From contig NC_042998.1 of assembly GCF_006345805.1 (NCBI RefSeq), positions 180,978,001 to 181,042,000 on the forward strand: a DNA stretch of 64,000 nt. Direction: 5' to 3'. The position numbers and the translations under genes are program-made. Origin of the DNA: Octopus sinensis. Taxonomy: Eukaryota. The notes below the pieces were generated by a model. It was not told where the DNA came from and ran no database searches. It worked only from the letters and a program-made list of their open reading frames with translations. This document shows positions 11,365 through 23,625 of the stretch, in pieces; within the stretch, counting starts at the first letter, position 1, and each line of letters opens with the position of its first letter.

Positions 11365-12547
11365 CATTATTATTATTATTGAGTGAGAGAGCAGTGCATG
11401 CCATCAAAGTGACACTGGGGTAAAATATACGAAGCCCAGTATACCCATCATAACTACCCGTCTGATAAGGGTACACCAGGCACATGCATCACAACTATAT
11501 GTGCACGACATGGTGATCTCATATCAAGATAAACAGCACATGACCTTGCAGGTGGGGCCCAGTTAGAATTTTCTTCTGGTCGAGTAACCCATCCCGAACA
11601 AAAGGTCCCTGAATAAGGGTTGTTTAAGGATGTTGAACGAAACACCCATGTTTCCGAAGGTGAATTATTCAAACCCCAAAGAATCCCTCTCAACACATGG
11701 CTATGATACTCACCCACTGCCTCTGCTCGTGATCAGAGATGCACATATCGTCAGTTACTAGGAGAATGCTCAACTGGTTAAGGTCAAACAACTGACAAGC
11801 AAATCTGTGGTATTGAGCAGAATATTTGCTGTAGCCCAACTTTTATACCAATACAAAACAATGTACATAACACTTCCAATCAGTTAAGATCAGAAGCCAT
11901 GAGAGCCACTGCCTGGGGCATTTATTATTATTATTATCAGGGCATTTATTATTATTATTATCAGCGCATTTATTATTATTATTATCATTGAGTGAGAGAG
12001 CAGTTCATGCCATCAAAGTGACACTGAGGTAAAATATACGAAGCCCAATATACCCATCATGACTCCCCGTCTGATAAGGGTACACCAGGCACATGCATCA
12101 CAACCAAATGTGCGCGACATAGTGATCTCATATCAAGATAAACAGCACATGACCTTGTAGGTGGGGCCCAGTTAGAATTTTCTTCAGGTTGAGTAGCCCA
12201 TCCCGCTCAAAAGGTCCCTGAATAAGGGTTGTTTAAGGATGTTGAAAAAACCACCCATGTTTCCAGAGGTGAATTATTCAAACCCCAAAGAATCCCTCTC
12301 AACACATGGCTATGATGCTCCCCCCACTACTTCTGCTCGTGATCAGAGAGCACATATCGTCAGCCACTAAGGGACATGCTCAACTGGTTAAGGTCAAACA
12401 ACTGACAAACAAATCTGTGGTATTGAGCAGAATATTTGCTGTAGCCCATCTTTTATACCAAGACAAAACAATGTACATGATAACACTTCCAATCAGTTAA
12501 GATCAGAAGCCATGAGAGCCACTGCCTGGTACTGCATCAGGGCATTT
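10430..12547 (-). mobile_element. Four tandem copies of a ~550-bp non-coding element in (AAT)n (10430-10660 truncated, 10712-11263, 11381-11923, 11990-12547)
   Basis: Each copy starts GAGTGAGAGAGCAG on + and is separated by (ATT)n; copies are clearly homologous. Confidence 0.92.
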
Positions 12548-12548
12548 A

Positions 12549-12607
<59 letters not shown>

Positions 12608-13914
12608 GTTTGACTTTTGCTTTATATTTGTACAAGTTGGCCCCAAGTCTCACCCAGAAACCTCAAGAGACAACAGGTTGGAAGTTTGTATTGTTGTTAT
12701 GCCTAGTGTGCCATATATTTGGTTTTGTATTTAGTGGTGTACTAGTGAATGCCTAAAAAAATATGTTTGTTTTAAAACTTGGGATTACATAGAGAGTATT
12801 TTGCGTAGGATATGAGCAGTTCCCATGAGCACTATCTTTTGAATTTCTGCCATTTTGGGGTTTCCTGGTATCTGAGTTAGGTAGCGATCAGCCCCTTTTG
12901 CTATCATTCCCAGGGCACCTATGACAACAGGTATGTTTTAGTCTTCATGTTCCACATTTTGCTGATTTCTATTTCAAGATCTTTATATTTGCTCAGTTTT
13001 TGGTAGTCTTGACAGATACGTTTATATTGATTGGACAGTCATATCAATGAGGAGGTATGTTCTTTGCTTGAAGATTTTCAATATGATGTCTGGCCTATTT
13101 GCATCTATCTTTCTGTCAGTTTGAATGGGGAAGTTCCAGAGGAGTGAGATGTGGTCATTTTCAAGCACTGGAGGTGGTTTGTGTTCCCACCAGTTTTTTC
13201 ATGAGGCAAATCCAGGTTTTTGCAGATTACCCAGTGAATATATTGTGCAGCTTTATCATGCCTATTGTGATACTTTGTAGGCGCAAGAAGACTGCACATG
13301 GAGACGACATGATCAATGGTCTCATTTTGTTGTTGACATACACTACATATTGGGGAGCTGCCGTTTTTTAATATGTTGGTCTGGTAGTTCCCTGTAGGTA
13401 GGCATTAATCTTGGGCTGCTATGATAAACCCTACTGTTCCTGATTTTGATCCAGAGGTCAATAGCCATTGATGGGTAAGGGCTTTGTCAACATCGGCATT
13501 ATTCACTCTCTTTAGGTATTTGCTATTGAAAGGTTTCTCTTGCTATTTATCAGTCAAAATATCTAAGGCAGCAGTTTTAGCAGTTTTAGCACGGGTTTTC
13601 TGCGCTTAGCTTTTTCTGCGCTTGTTTCTAGTACGGCTAATTCTATAATCTGTTGTATTCCGAATTCACTTAGATATTCATTTGCCTGTTTTGTTACTGA
13701 GCATGATGTTTTCTTGTTTTGTTGTTTTGAGACAAATTTTAACATCCAGTCCTCAAGGTTTTTCAGGTAGGTGTTTAGGCTACTTGTGGCTATCTTCATT
13801 GTTAATGCCGGTTGTAACAGCCCACGGCCTCCCTCTTTTCTTGGCAAATAAAGTCATTAAGTCATTCAATATCTGCCTTAGGGTGGTACATTCTATGCAT
13901 TGTCAAGTTTTCGT
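12608..13914 (-). mobile_element. 5'-truncated R4/Dong-clade non-LTR retrotransposon (RT C-terminus, zinc knuckle, restriction-like endonuclease), frameshifted
   Basis: PRKEGGRGL; CSLLAPTKYHNRHDKAAQYIHWVICK; LWNFPIQTDRKIDANRPDII..LLIDM; KLSKYKDLEIEISKMW; PVVIGALG; ends in (AAT)n. Confidence 0.9.
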
Positions 13915-13935
13915 ATTATTATTATTATTATTATT

Positions 13936-14725
<790 letters not shown>

Positions 14726-14729
14726 TCGA

Positions 14730-14915
14730 AGTGGTTTTGCAGAATCGTTAGAGCGTTGAACAAAAGCCTTCGAGTACATATTCTGTCTCCAAATCTTGCC
14801 GCATCCAGCTATCCGTTTCGTCCTTTTGGGATCGATAGATATGTACCAGTTGAACACTGCGATGGATGCAATCGAATTATTCCCCACCCTAAAAATCGCT
14901 GACGCTGTACCAAAT
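14730..14915 (+). mobile_element. Diverged SINE family S2
   Basis: GCAGAATCGTTAG head remnant; TTTCGTCCTTTTGGGATCGATA..GTACCAGTTGAACACTG domain. Confidence 0.6.
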
Positions 14916-15143
14916 TTGAATATATTATGACTGTTAATTGTGAAACTACTGTATTTAGGGATGAACAGGTAGGTAAAATAAGCATAAGTGTTTATGTGTT
15001 TAGTGATTACACACATTCAATCTTGCTGTGAAGAGTAAAATCTATGTTAAAGCAACATATTTGAAGAAAAGCAAATGATACTCATAAGTTTCAATATTTC
15101 TCCTGGTTCATCAAAGAGCGATTTCTTGTTCTTTTTTATAAAG

Positions 15144-15623
15144 ACTAGCAGCATAGCCCGGCATTGCCCAGGTATGTAACAGCCCCTGGAACAGACATGA
15201 TGCTCGCTGTGAATTTTAAAAAAATTCCTGTCAATTTGTGAAAGATATTGTCGAAAATATGTCATCTTGAATTTGAACGCGATTTCCCAAAATGGCATGA
15301 TTTTATCGATTTTTTCTGATGGTAAGGTATTGCATGGAAAACTAGAGTCAGAATTAAGTTTCTTAGGGTAACATTAAGCGAAAACTACAACAGAAAATGT
15401 GTTGCAAATAAAAAGCTTAGATTCTCGACCCCATGTCGAATTTATCAATTTTTTTCAGAACTGGGGGAACTTTTCAAAATTTTCGCTGCGTTAGTTTTGA
15501 ATTATGACATTGGGCTATGTGTGTGTCAAGTTTCATCAGAATCGGTTGAAAGCCGTGGTCAGGGTGAGGGTACAACCTGACAAACACACAGACAGACAAA
15601 CTGCCGTTTATATAGAGAGAGAT
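15144..15623 (+). mobile_element. Non-autonomous Helitron-like element
   Basis: Starts ACTAGCAGCATAGCCCGGCATTGCCCAGG; subterminal AAGTTTCATCAGAATCGGTTG; ends CAGACAGACAAACTGCCGTTTATATAGAGAGAGAT. Confidence 0.7.
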
Positions 15624-17064
15624 ATAGGAATTTACTGGAACGTGACTTTAGTTGACGTGCGTTTTTGCCTTGCTATTGAAAGAGGATAATCCGGTTAAAA
15701 TATTTTCTTCTCTTTTTAACAGCAAATGGAAACCAGTAAGAATTTTGTATATAGTAACGATGAATTTGTTTCTCTTGTGACAGTAAAGCTAAAATCGTAG
15801 AAACTTTAGTATACATTTCACCAATGTTTACCCAAAACGTAATGAAGTAATACACTTTTTTCTAACTCTTACAACGTTAGAGTAGATCAGTTTAGTTCCG
15901 AGTTTGTATACACTATAAATATTGTGGGCTGTCATGTTCTCTGTTGTCCCCAAATTAAGACTTTACTTCTCACGAAGCGGTAAAAATGCTGATAAAATGC
16001 AGCTCGATTTGCTCTTTCGGCACACAGAGAGAAAAAGTACGGTGGTAGGAATCTCTCAAGAGAACTGAAGAGTCGTTCTTCAGAAAAGAAACTGTCCTCA
16101 GGCAAATATATCGACCCTTAACTTCTTACACTCTAAGGGGCCTGGCCGCATCCAGGTCCTGACTCCTGGGTGACTTTTTGCTGACACCCTTTAGCCACTT
16201 CGATATCATAGACTTGTGAATTTAACCCGCCTGGTGATTGTATATTGTTGTAACTCCTCACCGTTGACTCAGCTTTTAAACATGTTAAATAAGAAATACT
16301 ACTTTCAAACGGCACAGTGGGTTGATGATTTCTGGCTGTTTGTATCCCGATTCAAAAAGTGTGTTTAGTAACCGCCCCTACCCCTGTAAATCGAATTAAC
16401 CCTTCTCTATATTATGTGTGTGTGTGTGTATTTATATAGTATATATCAATATCAATAGATAGACAGACAGATAAACTGAAAAATGGATTGCAAGACCTGA
16501 ATACGTATTATTAGAGTGTGTATGCGTTTGTTATTCGTGTCTGTATATATGAATGTATGTGTGTGCGTATACACATATACATATATACGTACTATATATG
16601 TGTGTATATGTGTGTATATGCTCTATGTGTGTATATGCTATATGTGTGTGTATATATATACGTGTGTATATGTGTGTGCAAGTGTATGTGCGTAACTTTA
16701 TGCATCAACGCACGTTTGAATCTTATGAGGATGTGGAACCAGTTCATCGCAAATGAATGTATTAACATTTAAACTGTTGATCTTCAATGGAAAATACTTC
16801 TCCGTTTTGCCACTTACTGCAAGCTGATATTTAGTAATATGTTTGTGTAAGATCATTTATCTATCCGAATTGCTGCATATACGGTTTACTCCCATGTGGT
16901 TTCGGATTTAATATTGTTATGCTTCAGTGAAGCGTAGTCCTTGCTAAATATCCTAATTAAGCCATGCAGATGCTCATATTAGAGAAGCAAAGAGACACTG
17001 TTGCAGTTTTCTTTCGCATTAGCTGCACCACGAAGCCGACCCCCGTGTGACTCGTGTTCATTAA

Positions 17065-17072
17065 CATTATTA

Positions 17073-17136
<64 letters not shown>

Positions 17137-17170
17137 TGTATATATATATATGTATAATATAATATATATG

Positions 17171-17214
<44 letters not shown>

Positions 17215-17440
17215 ATTGGTATGTATATATATATATATATATATTCATAGTTATATTTATATATATATATGTATATATATATATATTTATAGTTATATTT
17301 ATATATATATATATGTATATATATATATGTATATATATATATATCTATATTTATATTATATTTGTATATATATATCTATATATATATATATATAATATAT
17401 TATATATATGGATATGTATATATATATATATGTATGTATG

Positions 17441-17488
<48 letters not shown>

Positions 17489-17560
17489 GATATATATATT
17501 AGATATATATATATATATATATATATATGTATAATATATATGTATATATATTATATATAT
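17065..17560. repeat. (TA)n/(TATG)n microsatellite tract
   Basis: Direct reading. Confidence 0.95.
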
Positions 17561-18027
17561 TTTCAATATGGTATTATGAGAGAATGCTAGCTGCCTTTCT
17601 GTCCTAAAGTCAGACGTTCGAGCTTATTAAACAAAAATATGTTGTGAGTTATTATGACCTTTCTTGACTAGACTCAAGGTCAATAACTGGCAACGTGCCG
17701 AGTATCATTAACATCGAGAGAGTGATACATGATATGCAACCGTCACGAGGCAACGTTGTATTATATCGTATCCAGTTCGATAACATATTGATCATCATTT
17801 AAATCCCGCTGGATTTGCCTTCAACCACTCTTCTCCGGAGTATGGATACTGGGGTTAGTTCACTGTTTCTAACATTGATATTACGTCTAGTAAAAAATAA
17901 AATTTACGATTTTATTGTCTACTTATGTATATCGCCTTATACTTCAACAACTAACTTTGGGATATCACACGATTTTCTCTTAAAGTGGTAAACTTACCCA
18001 AATAACTTTGACGGGATGATAATGATT

Positions 18028-18360
18028 GGTGGTGGTGGTGGTGGTGGTGGTGGTGATAGTGGGAATTATGGTGGAATTATGGTGGGGATAAAGAAGAAGA
18101 AGAAGAAGAAGAAGAAGAAAACGACGAAGAAGAAGAAGACGAAGAAGAAGAAGAAGAAGAAGGGGAGGAGAGAAAGAAGGAGGAGGAGGGGAGGAGGAGA
18201 GAAAGAAGGATGAGGAGGAGGAGGAGGAGAAGGAGAGAAAGAATAAGAAGGAGGAGGAGGAGGAGAGGAGGAGAGAAAGAAGAAGAAGGAGGAGGAGGAG
18301 GAGGGAGGAGAGAAAGAAGAAGGAGGAGGAGGAGGAGGAGGAAGAAGAAGAAGAAGAACA
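18028..18360. repeat. (GGT)n then polypurine (GAA/GGA)n tract
   Basis: Direct reading; poly-K/R/E pseudo-ORFs. Confidence 0.9.
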
Positions 18361-19032
18361 TCAAAACCAACTATATCAGGAAGAGTGAAATGGCAGCTAA
18401 ACCTCTTTCAAAATGTACTCGACAGTATTAGAGGTCTATGATTAACTATAAATATAAAACACCAGGATAGATTGCTACTAGGTATAGTCGACCAGAACTA
18501 AGCTGAAATTATAACGCACCAACAACAAAAGTAACTTTTGTTCGTTCTGCTTTCTGAAGTGAGGTAAGTCAGAGTAAAGCTGATGCTGATAGCATTTAAT
18601 CTCAAGTGCTGAAAGCGTGAAGAAATGTTTACTCCTCAGTGTTGTAAGTGCTAAGGCTACGCCATCCGTCCTCGTATACAATAGCCAAGTAAAGGGTAAA
18701 CGACTGATGTTGCTGCTGCTGCTGCTGCTGTTGTTGTTGTTGTTGTTGTTGTTGTGTTGTTGTTGTTAAGCAATAAGACGGGTAAGGGTGATTAGGTGAT
18801 GGTCTAGGTCTTAGGGGCGGGAGACTCTAGACCTTAGAAAAAAAAAGCTTTGGTCGTCTTGTTGTAGTCGAGGGCTCTTCGTTGACGCCCGACACCACTG
18901 GGGGGGGAGTGGCCCTCGAAGTCGCTGGAAATGGAGATCTCCAGGTTCAAATTCTTGAAGGGCCGTTGCTGCTGCTGCTGTTGTTGTTCTTATTCTTGTT
19001 GCTCTTGTTGCAGTTGTTATAGTCTTTAGACA

Positions 19033-19365
19033 GGAGGCGCAATGGCCCAGTGGTTAGGGCAGCGGACTCGCGGTCATAGGATCGCGGTTTCGATTCCCAG
19101 ACCGGGCGTTGTGAGTGTTTATTGAGCGAAAACACCTAAAGCTCCACGACGCTCCGGCAGGGGATGGTGGTGATCCCTGCTGTACTCTTTCACCACAACT
19201 TTCTCTCACTCTTACTTCCTGTTTCTGTTGTGCCTGTATTTCGTTAAGGGTACACGTGTCTATGGAGTGCTCAGCCACTTACACGTTAATTTCACGAGCA
19301 GGCTGTTCCGTTGATCGGATCAACCGGAACCCTCATCGTCGTAACCGACAGAGTGCTTCCACAAC
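19033..19365 (+). mobile_element. tRNA-derived SINE, family S3
   Basis: GGAGGCGCAATGGCCCAGTGGTTAGGGCAGCGGACTC..GGTTTCGATTCCC A/B boxes; homologous to 31294-31690. Confidence 0.92.
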
Positions 19366-20501
19366 AGTGTAGCAGTCCTGATATCTTCTTTGCCCTGTAA
19401 GGTTTGTCATTCTTCTGTAAAATGCGCTTTTAATAGTCACTTTTCTCATTTAAATAGTCGCTTTTTCTGGTTAAACGTAGCCCCTTCTTTAATCAGGAGT
19501 GAAAGTATATAACCCATAACAGAAACTGACGAGGAGTGAGTTGGTACTGAGAAGGAAGAAAGTAGTTATCTTCAACTCGGAAACCTCACCTGAGAGCTCA
19601 TTAAAAAATGGGATCAATATGCCAGGCGGGGTTGTTAGACTGAAAGACAATTGAAACTACCAACAAAATTGAGAGAGCAGGACTTGAAGTCAGAACGCAA
19701 AATTTCCGAAGCAATATCGCAAGGAATTCGGTTCGATGTTCTTACCTTTTCGCCATATGCTGCCTTGGACTGATAGTTTTAGTTTGTTTGTTTGTTTGTT
19801 TGTTTGTTTTTTACTGACCCGGAAAGGATAAAACCAAACTTGACCCAGTGGGATTTGAATTTGGATTATAGGGTGTTGGAACAAAGATTGCAGAGCCATC
19901 GGGTGTCGAAGTAAAGATTGCGAAGCATTCTGTCCGCTCTAACGATTCTGCTTATCCACCACCTAATTAGATATACATTGCGTAAATATGGGGTGTGTTT
20001 TTGTGCATAGCTTTTCTTAAACAAACATTGATACGCTTCTTACGTGTGACATAAAATACGTGACATTAGCACTAGAATATAAAGTAGAAGTGTTCTGAGA
20101 CTATACCGGCATTCCAAATAACTATTATCTAAATGGTGATTAACACTCAACAAGCTAGTTATCAGCAACTGACATGTAGCATCTATTACGCTGGTAACAT
20201 GGAGTTATTGTTTATATAGAGGTTGCCTCTTCTGTTGCATCGAAGAACACCACGAGATTTAGTTGCCATTCAATACAATTCAGGCGAGAATTTTAACTAA
20301 AGCTGAATCTGAGCACTTGATGCACGGCCTACACATATACATGAACACTTATGCTTGTGCATGCGCGCCCGCAGATAATATATAACGACGAGAGGGAATA
20401 AGCTGCTAGATACACATACACAGACATATATATAATATTATATATATATATATATATATGTATATATAAGTATGTATGTATGTATATATATATTATATAT
20501 A

Positions 20502-20533
<32 letters not shown>

Positions 20534-20653
20534 CAACATCAAGGAACTGCCATAATAGGCCATTCACCCACTAGAAATACAGCCAAATCTTCAACCGCAA
20601 ATAAAAATCAATTCCGTAAACCAGGAGAAAATTTAAAAAACATTTACCCTGTA

Positions 20654-20760
20654 ATTTCTTATACGATGCAACCGTTTCATCTGCTGTTTAATGGTAAACT
20701 AACCTGATTAAATTAATCAAGCCAATCTTCCATAGGCCCTCAGATTCTTCAGTAAGAAAT
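20654..20760 (-). ncRNA. Type I hammerhead ribozyme, family A copy 1
   Basis: AUUUCUUA-CUGAAGA-AUCUG..CAGAU-GAAA-CGGUUGCAUCGU-A-UAAGAAAU. Confidence 0.88.
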
Positions 20761-21144
20761 AGCCAAGTCGGAACAGATATTTTCACGGGGCATTTCCGAC
20801 CCTGCCAAGGCAATATCTGACCTAAAATTTTCAAATCATCGCACTCGCGCCAAATTTATCGGCAGCAAATAAATATAGCCGTCGATTCCATTACGGATTA
20901 ACCAGAAAATTCATAATTAATCAATATAGGGTGGCAAAAAAAATTTTGTAGAATTTTTTTGCCACCAGCGGCCTAGTGGGAAAAAATTAAATAGTCATAG
21001 ACCATTTTTAAGTTCAAAATATCAACAATCAAGGAACGGCCATAATAGGCCATTCACCCACTAGAAATAACAGCCAAAGCTTCAACCGCAAATAAAAATC
21101 AATTCCGTAAACCAGGAGAAAATTTAAAAAACATTTACCCTGTA

Positions 21145-21249
21145 ATTTCTTATACGATGCACCGTTTCATCTGCTGTTTAATGTAAACTAACCTGATTAA
21201 ATTAAATCAGTCAATCTTCCATAGGCCCTCAGATTCTTCAGTAAGAAAT
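21145..21249 (-). ncRNA. Type I hammerhead ribozyme, family A copy 2
   Basis: Same stems and intact CUGAAGA/GAAA/GUA core. Confidence 0.88.
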
Positions 21250-21630
21250 AGCCAAGTCGGAACAGATATTTTCACGAGGCATTTCCGACCCTGCCAAGGC
21301 AATATCTGACCTAAAATTTTCAAATCATCGCACTCGCGCGCCAATTTATCGGCAGCAAAATATAAGCCGTCGATTCCATTACGGAATTAACCAGAAAATT
21401 CATAATTAATCAATATAGGGTGGCAAAAAAAATTTTGTAGAATTTTTTTGCCACCAGCGGCCTAGTGGGAAAAAATTAAATAGTCATAGACCATTTTTAA
21501 GTTCAACATCACAATCAAGGGACGGCCATAATAGGCCATTCACCCACTAGAAATAATAGCCAAAGCTTCAACTGCAAATAAAAATCAATTCCGTAAACCA
21601 GGAGAAAATTTAAAAAACATTTACCCTGTA

Positions 21631-21743
21631 ATTTCTTATACGATGCACCGTTTTCATTTTCATCTGCTGTTTAATGGTAAACTAACCTGATTAAATTAAT
21701 CAAGCCAATCTTCCATAGGCCCTCAGATTCTTCAGTAAGAAAT
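21631..21743 (-). ncRNA. Hammerhead family A copy 3, core disrupted
   Basis: GAAA region reads GAAAAUGAAAAC (short duplication), breaking the stem III junction. Confidence 0.7.
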
Positions 21744-22413
21744 AGCCAAGTCGGAACAGATATTTTCACGAGGCATTTCCGACCCTGCCAAGGCAATATC
21801 TGACCTAAAATTTTCAAATCATCGCACTCGCGCCAAATTTATCGGCAGCAAATAAATATAAGCCGTCGATTCCATTACGGAATTAACCAGAAAATTTATA
21901 ATTAATCAATATAGGTGGCAAAAAAAATTTTGTAGAATTTTTTTGCCACCAAGGCCTAGTGGGAAAAATTTAATTTAATCAGGTTAGTTTACCATTAAAC
22001 AGCAGATGAAACGGTGCATCGTATAAGAAATTACAGGGTAAATGTTTTTTAAATTTCTCCTGTTTACGGAATTGATTTTTATTTGCGGTTGAAGCTTTGG
22101 CTGTTATTTCTAGTGGGTGAATGGCCTATTATGGCCGTTCCTTGATTGTTGATGTTGAACTTAAAAATGGTCTATGACTATTTAATTTTTTCCCACTAGG
22201 CCGCTGGTGGCAAAAAAATTCTACAAAATTTTTTTTGCCACCCTATATTGATTAATTATGAATTTTCTGGTTAATTCCGTAATGGAATCGACGGCTTATA
22301 TTTATTTGCTGCCGATAAATTTGGCGCGAGTGCGATGATTTGAAAATTTTAGGTCAGATATTGCCTTGGCAGGGTCGGAAATGCCTCGTGAAAATATCTG
22401 TTCCGACTTGGCT

Positions 22414-22519
22414 ATTTCTTACTGAAGAATCTGAGGGCCTATGGAAGATTGGCTGATTTAATTTAATCAGGTTAGTTTACCATTAAACAGCAGATGAAAC
22501 GGTGCATCGTATAAGAAAT
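22414..22519 (+). ncRNA. Type I hammerhead ribozyme, family A copy 4
   Basis: Stem I ATTTCTTA(22414-22421)/TAAGAAAT(22512-22519); CTGAAGA 22422-22428; stem II ATCTG/CAGAT; GAAA 22496-22499; predicted cleavage after A22511 (GUA). Confidence 0.9.
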
Positions 22520-22899
22520 TACAGGGTAAATGTTTTTTAAATTTCTCCTGGTTTACCCGAATTGATTTTTATTTGCGGTTGAAGCTTGGCTGTTATTTCT
22601 AGTGGGTGAATGGCCTATTATGGCCGTTCCTTGATTGTTGATGTTGAACTTAAAAATGGTCTATGACTATTTAATTTTTTCCACTAGGCCGCTGGTGGCA
22701 AAAAAATTCTACAAAATTTTTTTTTGGCACCCTATATTGATTAATTATGAATTTTCTGGTTAATTCCGTAATGGAATCGACGGCTATATTTTATTTGCTG
22801 CCGATAATTTGGCGCGAGTGCGATGATTGAAATTTTAGGTCAGATATTGCCTTGGCAGGGTCGGAAATGCCTCGTGAAAATATCTGTTCCGACTTGGCT

Positions 22900-23003
22900 A
22901 TTTCTTACTGAAGAATCTGAGGGCCTGGAAGATTGGCTTGATTTAATTTAATCAGGTTAGTTTCCATTAAACAGCAGATGAAACGGTGCATCGTATAAGA
23001 AAT
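22900..23003 (+). ncRNA. Type I hammerhead ribozyme, family A copy 5
   Basis: Same fold; predicted cleavage after A22995. Confidence 0.88.
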
Positions 23004-23562
23004 TACAGGGTAAATGTTTTTTAAATTTCTCCTGGTTTACGGAATTGATTTTTTTGCGGTTGAAGCTTTGGCTGTTATTTCTAGTGGTGAATGGCCTATT
23101 ATGGCCGTTCCTTGATTGTTGATGTTGAACTTAAAAATGGTCTATGACTATTTAATTTTTTTCCCCACTAGGCCGCTGGTGGCAAAAAAATTCTACAAAA
23201 TTTTTTTTGCCACCCATATTGATTAATTATGAATATATATATATATTATATATATATATAATATATATATATATATAGTGGTACATACAATGGCGATTGT
23301 TATTCTCCTGTAAGATAACGCATTTAATAGTCACTGTATTGGCGATTTGATGCCTATGCTTAGCATATAGGCTGTCCTCATTTAGTGGTCAGTCCACTAA
23401 ATTTTGTATGTAGCACAAAATCTAATCTTCGGATTTTTTTAAATATGCTAAGCCACTGGTTTTAATTGATTAATATCAATTTCTACCCTTATTTAATTTT
23501 AGATCTATCTATCTATCTATCTATCTATCTATATCTATCTACTATCTATCTATCTATCTATT

Positions 23563-23625
<63 letters not shown>

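Larger units (their letters stand above)
20533..23233. mobile_element. Head-to-head tandem array of a ~490-bp hammerhead-containing unit (non-LTR retrozyme / PLE pseudo-LTR-like)
   Basis: ~3 units in one orientation (20533-21970; periods 490 and 486 bp), then ~2.6 units inverted (21971-23233); (TA)n on both flanks; no coding motif recognised. Confidence 0.92.

Noticed and set aside
16066-16100. CTGAAGA-GTCGT-TCTTCAG motif
   Set aside because: A 7-bp hairpin that sequesters the core; stems I and III are absent
15990-16315. Short open frames on both strands (EKKYGGRNLSRELK.. on +; AESTVRSYNN.. on -)
   Set aside because: Ambiguous strand, weak splice context, no recognisable family
18780-19030. 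Minus-strand reading ..GRQRRALDYNK, resembling a furin site before a TGF-beta-like mature peptide
   Set aside because: No start or splice context, no cysteine pattern, immediate stop; flanking Q/T/A low complexity resembles a retroelement ORF1 tail
19033-19110. tRNA-like sequence (also at 31295, 33472, 34736, 61830)
   Set aside because: Heads of SINEs that continue into family-specific bodies; not standalone tRNA genes
20533-23233. CRISPR-like or simple read fold-back interpretation of the array
   Set aside because: No unique spacers or cas genes; arms are out of register and outer flanks are not mirrored
23352-23402. Two small hairpins just right of the array
   Set aside because: 8-9 bp stems are expected by chance in AT-rich DNA; no link to the array is evident
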